From the NCBI GenBank assembly GCA_000388065.2, contig KB932237.1: a stretch of 6,172 nt of DNA; one strand, given 5' to 3'. The notes beneath the pieces are model-generated. The model ran no database searches. It was not told the origin of the DNA and saw only the letters and a program-made list of their open reading frames with translations. Each line of letters starts with the position of its first letter. Position 1 is the stretch's first letter. Below, piece after piece: positions 1 to 5,427 of the stretch. Source of the DNA: Fonticula alba ATCC 38817. Its lineage: Eukaryota; Protista; Nucleariida. A program made the translations under genes and the position numbers.

Positions 1-250
1 GGGGGGAGGGGAAGAGGAGGCGGTCGTCCGGGGGGAGGGCGCGGAAGGCAAGCGGAAGGGCAGGGAGGACAGACGCGAGATACCGAGGGCCCCGGGGCAA
101 GGGAGCACCTGAGGGTGGCCCTCTAAACTCTTGCGCCTGGGGGAGATATGGCCGGGCGGCGCCGGCGCCGGCGCCGCCCCGGCGGTAGGGGGCAGATCGC
201 GGCCGGGCGCGCGTGGGCGCATCTCGCGAGGGGCGCGGCCGGCCAAGAGA

Positions 251-278
251 CGCGCGCGCACACACACACACGCACACA
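251..278 (+). repeat. Compound (CG)n(CA)n microsatellite
   Basis: cgcgcgcgcacacacacacacgcacaca. Confidence 0.9.
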
Positions 279-701
279 TAGAGGGGAAGGGCCGAGAACG
301 AGGAAAACACCCGGCCGCGCGCGGCGGGGCTCCCCGCACATGTCCCCCCACCCGGACGCCGGCGGGCGAGCCTGCTCGCGGCCCTCCCCCCCCCCTGGCC
401 CCCGGGCGGTGACGAAGGGGGAGGAATGCGTCCTGGGGGCGGTGGCCGGGCGCGCCCTGCCGTGGGCTGGATTCACGCGGCCGTTTCTGGCGGAGGGGCG
501 ATCGGCGCCCCCCCCCCCCCCCCCCCCCGGCCGGCTTGCCCGCGCGCCCGCCGGCGCCCGCCTGCGCCCGCAGGGAACAGGGCAAAAGAATAACACTGGC
601 GCAGGCGACGCCGCGCCCCGTCCGGGGCCGATCTCCCCCTTCCTCGAGCTGCGGGCCCGTCCCCAGCCCCACCGCCCGCCCGACCGGCCCCGGGTCCCAG
701 C

Positions 702-730
702 GAGAGAGAGAGAGGGAGAGAGAGAGAGAG
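702..730 (+). repeat. (GA)n microsatellite with one interruption
   Basis: gagagagagagagggagagagagagagag. Confidence 0.95.
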
Positions 731-1034
731 GAGATCTGCCCGATCGGCCCGGGCCCCGCCCACCGCCGCCGGCCCGGGCGCGGCCGGCGACCATTATCCA
801 GGGAGCTTGTTTTCTTTCCTCGTCGGGCAGTGCCGCGGCCGCGCCCCCTAGGCAGAAGCCACAAAGGCCCGGATGCTCCCCCGGGCGCTCTCATCACCAG
901 CGTGCCCCGGCCCGCCCGTGGAGCGCGCCGCTCCGCCATTCGCTCGGGCGCAGCCGCGCGCCCCAAGGACTCCCCCCGGCCGAAGGCGGCGGCGGCAGGA
1001 CGGCGACGACGCCCCAGGGGCAAACAACCACGGG

Positions 1035-1874
1035 NNNNNNNNNNNNNNNNNNNNNNNNNNNNNNNNNNNNNNNNNNNNNNNNNNNNNNNNNNNNNNNNNN
1101 NNNNNNNNNNNNNNNNNNNNNNNNNNNNNNNNNNNNNNNNNNNNNNNNNNNNNNNNNNNNNNNNNNNNNNNNNNNNNNNNNNNNNNNNNNNNNNNNNNNN
1201 NNNNNNNNNNNNNNNNNNNNNNNNNNNNNNNNNNNNNNNNNNNNNNNNNNNNNNNNNNNNNNNNNNNNNNNNNNNNNNNNNNNNNNNNNNNNNNNNNNNN
1301 NNNNNNNNNNNNNNNNNNNNNNNNNNNNNNNNNNNNNNNNNNNNNNNNNNNNNNNNNNNNNNNNNNNNNNNNNNNNNNNNNNNNNNNNNNNNNNNNNNNN
1401 NNNNNNNNNNNNNNNNNNNNNNNNNNNNNNNNNNNNNNNNNNNNNNNNNNNNNNNNNNNNNNNNNNNNNNNNNNNNNNNNNNNNNNNNNNNNNNNNNNNN
1501 NNNNNNNNNNNNNNNNNNNNNNNNNNNNNNNNNNNNNNNNNNNNNNNNNNNNNNNNNNNNNNNNNNNNNNNNNNNNNNNNNNNNNNNNNNNNNNNNNNNN
1601 NNNNNNNNNNNNNNNNNNNNNNNNNNNNNNNNNNNNNNNNNNNNNNNNNNNNNNNNNNNNNNNNNNNNNNNNNNNNNNNNNNNNNNNNNNNNNNNNNNNN
1701 NNNNNNNNNNNNNNNNNNNNNNNNNNNNNNNNNNNNNNNNNNNNNNNNNNNNNNNNNNNNNNNNNNNNNNNNNNNNNNNNNNNNNNNNNNNNNNNNNNNN
1801 NNNNNNNNNNNNNNNNNNNNNNNNNNNNNNNNNNNNNNNNNNNNNNNNNNNNNNNNNNNNNNNNNNNNNNNNNN
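1035..1874. other. Assembly gap, 840 N
   Basis: Run of N. Confidence 1.
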
Positions 1875-2083
1875 CCCCCCCCCCTGCGCCCGGGGCGCGG
1901 CTGGTGGTTGGTCCGCCGCCCGCCCCCTGTATAGGGGCCCGGGAATGCCCGGGCCCGATGCACCGGGACATGCCCACGCTCGCACGTTATTTTCTCCCGG
2001 CAACCCCCAGGGTGGGCACCCGGCCCCTGACCGCGATCGCGGCCAGCTCCCGCCTTACGCGAGGGCCGGCACCTCGGGGCCGG

Positions 2084-2101
2084 GCGCGCGCGCGCGCGCG
2101 C
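2084..2101. repeat. (GC)9 dinucleotide run
   Basis: gcgcgcgcgcgcgcgcgc. Confidence 0.9.
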
Positions 2102-2166
2102 CAACGAAAGGCCGCGCCTGTGGCCTTGCCCTGCCGTGCGGGGAGGCCCCCCCCCCCCGCTCTGGA

Positions 2167-2180
2167 ACACACACACACAC
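2167..2180 (+). repeat. (AC)7 microsatellite
   Basis: Directly 5' of AATAAA at 2181. Confidence 0.9.
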
Positions 2181-2200
2181 AATAAAGGCGCCTTTTATAT
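2181..2200. terminator. Candidate back-to-back polyadenylation signals: AATAAA on + (2181-2186) and (A)TATAAAA on - (2200-2193)
   Basis: Short AT-rich island about 345 nt downstream of the clpP stop, built around the 12-bp palindrome AAAGGCGCCTTT (2184-2195). Confidence 0.4.
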
Positions 2201-2544
2201 TCCCGGCATGTGTGAATGTGTGTTTGTAGACTTGTGTCCGTGCGTGCGAAGCAATGCAGGGCGGTCCACGCCCGGGCGCATGCCACGGTGGAATGGCGGG
2301 TGGGAGCCCCAGGGAAAGGAAGGGGCATGTATGGGGGGGGGAACAGCCGGTGTTCTGACACGCCAGCCAGCCGCGGCCGGGCGGCCCCCGAGCTGTCGGA
2401 CCGCGTGCCCGCGATCTGCCCGCGCCCCCCTCTCTCGCCGGCTCGGTGGGGATTCCCGCTCGGGCGCCGGTCGGGCGCCTCACCTCCGGGTCGGTGTCCG
2501 GGCCCTGCCTGCCGCGGGGGCCGGCGCGGCCCCAGGCCCGGGCA

Positions 2545-3036
2545 TCACAGGTCCGGCTGGGGGGTCGGAGCCACGGTCGCGGGGGCCGGCTGAGCGGCCG
2601 GCTGGCCGGCCGGCGCGGCCTCCTTCTTGCCGGCACCCGGCGGAATCATCGGGCCAAGGACATCGACGCCGGGCCCGGGGGCCGCGGCCGAGTCGGCTGC
2701 CGCCCGCCGCGTCACCACCCGGTCCACCAGCCCCATGAGCACGGCGTCCTCCGCATCCAGGTAGGTGTCGCGGTCCAGGACGCGGTCCACGTCGGCCGGA
2801 TTCCGCCGGCAGTGGGTCCCATACAGGGCGGCGATGCGCCAGCGCCAGTGGAGGGCCTCGCGCGCGGCGATGGCCACATCGGCCGCCGACCCGGAGGCCG
2901 CGCCCTGCGGCTGGTGCAGCATGACACGCGCATGGGGCAGGCATTCCCGCGCGCCCGGCTCGCCGGCCGCCAGCAGCAGTGACCCCATGGAGCAGGCCTG
3001 GCCCATGCAGAGGGTGTGCACCGGCGACCGGATGAA
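2545..3036 (-). CDS. clpP: clpP exon 4 (163 codons plus TGA), containing the catalytic triad and the C-terminal tail
   Basis: Acceptor GGCAG at 3037 restores DTMQ|FIRSPV; contains [18 protein letters not shown] and DRD; stop TGA at 2547-2545. Confidence 0.95.
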   Translation of the reverse strand, partial: FIRSPVHTLCMGQACSMGSLLLAAGEPGARECLPHARVMLHQPQGAASGSAADVAIAAREALHWRWRIAALYGTHCRRNPADVDRVLDRDTYLDAEDAVLMGLVDRVVTRRAAADSAAAPGPGVDVLGPMIPPGAGKKEAAPAGQPAAQPAPATVAPTPQPDL

Positions 3037-3971
3037 CTGCCGGCCGCGAGGCGCCGTGCGGTCGGGGGGCGGGGCGGGGGGGGGGGGGGGCGTGTGGAGG
3101 GAGGGCGGGGGGACATGTGGTCAGAGCCTTGCACACACACACGGTCCGCACAGGCCCGGCGGCAGAGGGGCAGGAACATATGCCGATAGGCGGCCGCCGA
3201 GGCCGCATGCCCTCCGCTCGGGGGGCCCCGGTGGCCGGGGGCCGGCCGGCCTGCCCGGCGCACGTGCGCGCGCGCGTACCTGCATCGTGTCGTAGATGGC
3301 CATGCCGGCGCTGACCGACCCGCCGGGGCTGTTGATGTACAGATGGATGGGGCGCTCGGGCGCGTCGGACTCCAGGTAAAGCATCTGCGCCACCACCACC
3401 GAGGCCACGGCGTCATTCACCTGTTTGGGGGGCGACCATGCGCGCGCGCGGTGGTTGGACGGCCGTGGGGGGGGGGCCGTGCGCGCGTCGGCCAGCGGGG
3501 AGGGAATCGTGCAGCACCGAGGGGTCAGCCGGACGAGCAGATGGCACAAGCATCCGGGCCGGCGGGGCCGGCACCGCGCGTGCGGCAGCACACCGGGCAG
3601 GGGGCGTAGGCGGGCAGGGGCGATCGAAGTGCCATGGCTGCCCCGGGGGAGGGCGACGGCGCGGCGTACCTCGCCGGTCAGCATGATGATGCGCTCCTGC
3701 AGGAGGCGCGAGTAGATGTCGAAGGCGCGCTCGCCGCGAGGCTGGGCCCCGGCCGGGTGAAGGTTAAAGACAGCCCGTCAGCGGGGTATTCCGGGAAAGG
3801 GGGCAGCAGGAGGCGACCGCAAGGTCGAGGGAGACTCCGGGATCGGAGGCGCACCGTCTGATCGACCACCATCGGCACGAGGGCGCTCATCGAGCGGGTG
3901 CCCGCAGCGAGGCGGGCCCGAAGGCCGGGCACCATGGGGGCAGCAAGGGCCGAGAGCCGGAGCAGCGACAT
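2545..3971 (-). CDS. clpP: ATP-dependent Clp protease proteolytic subunit, mitochondrial type; complete gene, 4 exons: 3971-3855, 3741-3670, 3420-3280, 3036-2545; 273 aa
   Basis: Manual splicing gives [39 protein letters not shown]|[24 protein letters not shown]|[47 protein letters not shown]|[25 protein letters not shown]...MLHQP...[22 protein letters not shown]...PDL*. Hallmark motifs [14 protein letters not shown], GQAxSMGS, HQP and RD are all present. Triad S126 (2991-2989), H151 (2916-2914), D200 has spacing 25/49, as in E. coli S97/H122/D171. All introns are GT-AG and all exon lengths are multiples of 3. Confidence 0.97.
3037..3279 (-). other. clpP intron 3, 243 nt, phase 0
   Basis: GTACGC...GGCAG; sense-strand C15 tract; CTGAC motif at 3124-3120; removing it joins DTMQ to FIRSP. 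Confidence 0.92.
3280..3420 (-). CDS. clpP: clpP exon 3 (47 codons, VNDAVAS...[20 protein letters not shown])
   Basis: Acceptor AAACAG at 3421; donor GTACGC at 3279; YINSPGG and AIYDTMQ motifs. Confidence 0.96.
3421..3669 (-). other. clpP intron 2, 249 nt, phase 0
   Basis: GTACGC...AACAG; removing it joins LTGE to VNDAVA. Confidence 0.92.
3670..3741 (-). CDS. clpP: clpP exon 2 (24 codons, [24 protein letters not shown])
   Basis: Acceptor GGCCCAG at 3742 with a TTTAAC branch-like motif upstream; donor GTACGC at 3669; classic ERxxDIYSRLLxERII motif. Confidence 0.95.
3742..3854 (-). other. clpP intron 1, 113 nt, phase 0
   Basis: GTGCGC...CCCAG; removing it joins DQT to PRGERAF. Confidence 0.9.
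3855..3971 (-). CDS. clpP: clpP exon 1 (39 codons): mitochondrial targeting presequence plus start of the mature protein (LVPMVVDQT)
   Basis: ATG at 3971. The first 36 aa contain 4 Arg, no acidic residues and are rich in Ala/Leu/Ser. RS|M resembles an R-2/R-3 cleavage site. LVPMVVDQT matches the ClpP N-terminal IPxVxEQT motif. The exon is followed by donor GTGCGC. Confidence 0.9.
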
Positions 3972-4956
3972 GGTAATGGGTTGAGCGGGGGGGGGGGGGG
4001 GAGGGGGGCGGGGTCAGGGGCGGGGGGGGCGGGGAGGGGCGTGGCGGAAGCAGCAGCAGCAGCAGGGGGATGTGGATCGGCGGAGGCGGCCAGATGCCCC
4101 GGCCCGGCGCGCCAAATGCCCGCTACTCCCCCTCCGGCTCTCGCTCGGCCTCTTTCTCCGGGTCCCATTCTCCGCCTACGCCTGCATGGCGCGCCGGTGG
4201 CGTGTCCTCACGCGCCGGCCTCCTGGATCCCAGCCCGGGGCCGGGGGAAAGGGCCGAATGGGGCCCGATCAGCGCCGATGCCGCACACCCGCTCTGGCCC
4301 CACCCCCCCCCCCCCGTCACCGATCATCAATCGGGCTTGGACATGCCCGGGCGACACACATCATCCACAATCCCAGGCCCGCGCGTGATATGCCCTCACA
4401 TGACACCGCAAGCTCCCCGCGCTCGGGCCCACACGTTCCCTCGCGCCCCCCCCCCCCCAGCCCACGATGGCTTGTCGCTTGGTGGCCGGGTCGGTCGGCC
4501 GCCCGGGCCCCCGGTCGGTCGGCCGCCCGGGCCCCCGGTCGGTCGGTCGCTTGGTTGCTAGCTTGCTCGCGCGTTTGTCGCACGCACACGCGCACATCGA
4601 AGCATCATGTCGCGGGGCCAGCGCGCCCGGCGCATCCCGCACCCTGCCCCGGGGGCCGGGGCGATGGGCAAGAAGACGGGCGGGGGCGTGACACGCCCCA
4701 CGCGTCGCCATCTCCGGCTCCCTCCCTTCGGCCGGCACCGCGACGGCCGGCAGCCGAGATCGGCCCCCGGCTTTCGGGCACCGGGGTGGCCGGTCCGGCG
4801 GCTCGCCGGGGCGCCCAGGTCCTGCTTCCTTGCTCTCCCTTCCCCTCTCGCCCCGCCCCCGCCCCTGCTGCACCTGGAGCCGTGCTGCTCTCCTCCCTCC
4901 CTCCGCCTGGAGCACGGTCGCACCCCCTCCCCCCCCCCCCCCCCCTTCCGAGAGAT
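3972..4956. promoter_or_regulatory. 985-bp divergent intergenic region, putative bidirectional promoter for clpP and ybeY
   Basis: Lies between two outward-facing start codons and contains no supported gene. No specific core promoter element was identified. Confidence 0.55.
4489..4546 (+). repeat. 24-bp tandem repeat GGTCGGTCGGCCGCCCGGGCCCCC, 2 exact copies plus a 10-nt partial copy
   Basis: Copies at 4489-4512, 4513-4536 and partial 4537-4546. Confidence 0.95.
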
Positions 4957-5427
4957 ATGTCCCACTTCTTCATCAATGTCTACCGGCACCGCGGGGTGAA
5001 CCTCCACCGCGAGCCGATCCGCATGTGGACCAAGTCCCTGCTGTATGCCACCGCGGCGCCGGCCTGGGCCGAGCCGATGCGCACCTTCGCGCGGCTGCTG
5101 GACCGCAACGACCCGAACCTGACGAATCTCCTGCCGACGTACGCCAAGTTCCAGAAGATGCGCGGCCTCAAGCCCCTGAGCCAGACATCGCCGACGCTGC
5201 GCAGCCTGCCGCCGGTGCCGACGGCCGACAGCCCGGCCGACATGCCGGAGGCCGGCCCGCGGGAGTTCTCGCCCGCCGTGCAGGAGCTCCTGTGCCGCGA
5301 CGGGAGCCGGGCCTCGCGCCTGTCGGTGGACATCATCCTCACCAACAATGCGGTCATCCGGCGCCTGAACCACATGTACCAGAAGACCAACGCCCCGACC
5401 GACGTGCTGTCCTTCCCCTCGAACAAG
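4957..5427 (+). CDS. ybeY: ybeY exon 1 (157 codons)
   Basis: ATG at 4957 directly after a C17 tract; coding-like composition begins here; ends in PTDVLSFPSNK followed by donor GTGCGC at 5428. Confidence 0.9.

Noticed and set aside
154-179. 26-bp perfect palindrome GGGC(GGCGCC)3GCCC
   Set aside because: It follows from tandem copies of a self-complementary hexamer in very GC-rich DNA. No transposon ends or target-site duplication were seen.
2084-2101. (GC)9 as a functional Z-DNA element
   Set aside because: Short CG runs recur throughout the window (251, 3266, 3440), so this one is not distinctive.
2193-2200. Minus-strand TATAAAA as a TATA box for a leftward gene
   Set aside because: There is no supported minus-strand exon downstream, the C-run polarity to the left favours + strand transcription, and its position in the clpP 3' region fits a poly(A)-like signal better.
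148-2229. Long ORFs spanning the gap (148..2229, 536..2185, 873..1934, 848..2182, 894..2003)
   Set aside because: They are open only because N runs contain no stops. The flanks translate to low-complexity R/P/G/A sequence with no recognisable motif.
2446-3295. Plus-strand ORFs over clpP (2446..2982, 2765..3295, 2136..2738)
   Set aside because: These are antisense shadows of clpP exon 4 and GC-rich UTR or intron sequence.
2545-3971. clpP as a frameshifted pseudogene or as split bacterial ORFs
   Set aside because: Every frame break is explained by a canonical GT-AG intron, and the spliced product is complete with an intact triad.
4051-4065. (CAG)5 upstream of clpP as a coding poly-Ala/poly-Gln tract
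   Set aside because: It lies upstream of the clpP ATG in a frame without support and is too short to be notable.
4489-4546. 24-bp repeat as a CRISPR array
   Set aside because: The copies are directly adjacent with no spacers, there are no cas genes, and the context is eukaryotic.
4072-4956. N-terminal 295 codons of the 513-aa ORF 4072..5613 as part of YbeY
   Set aside because: They start at GTG, cross homopolymer and tandem repeats and are low-complexity. Family similarity begins at Met 4957.
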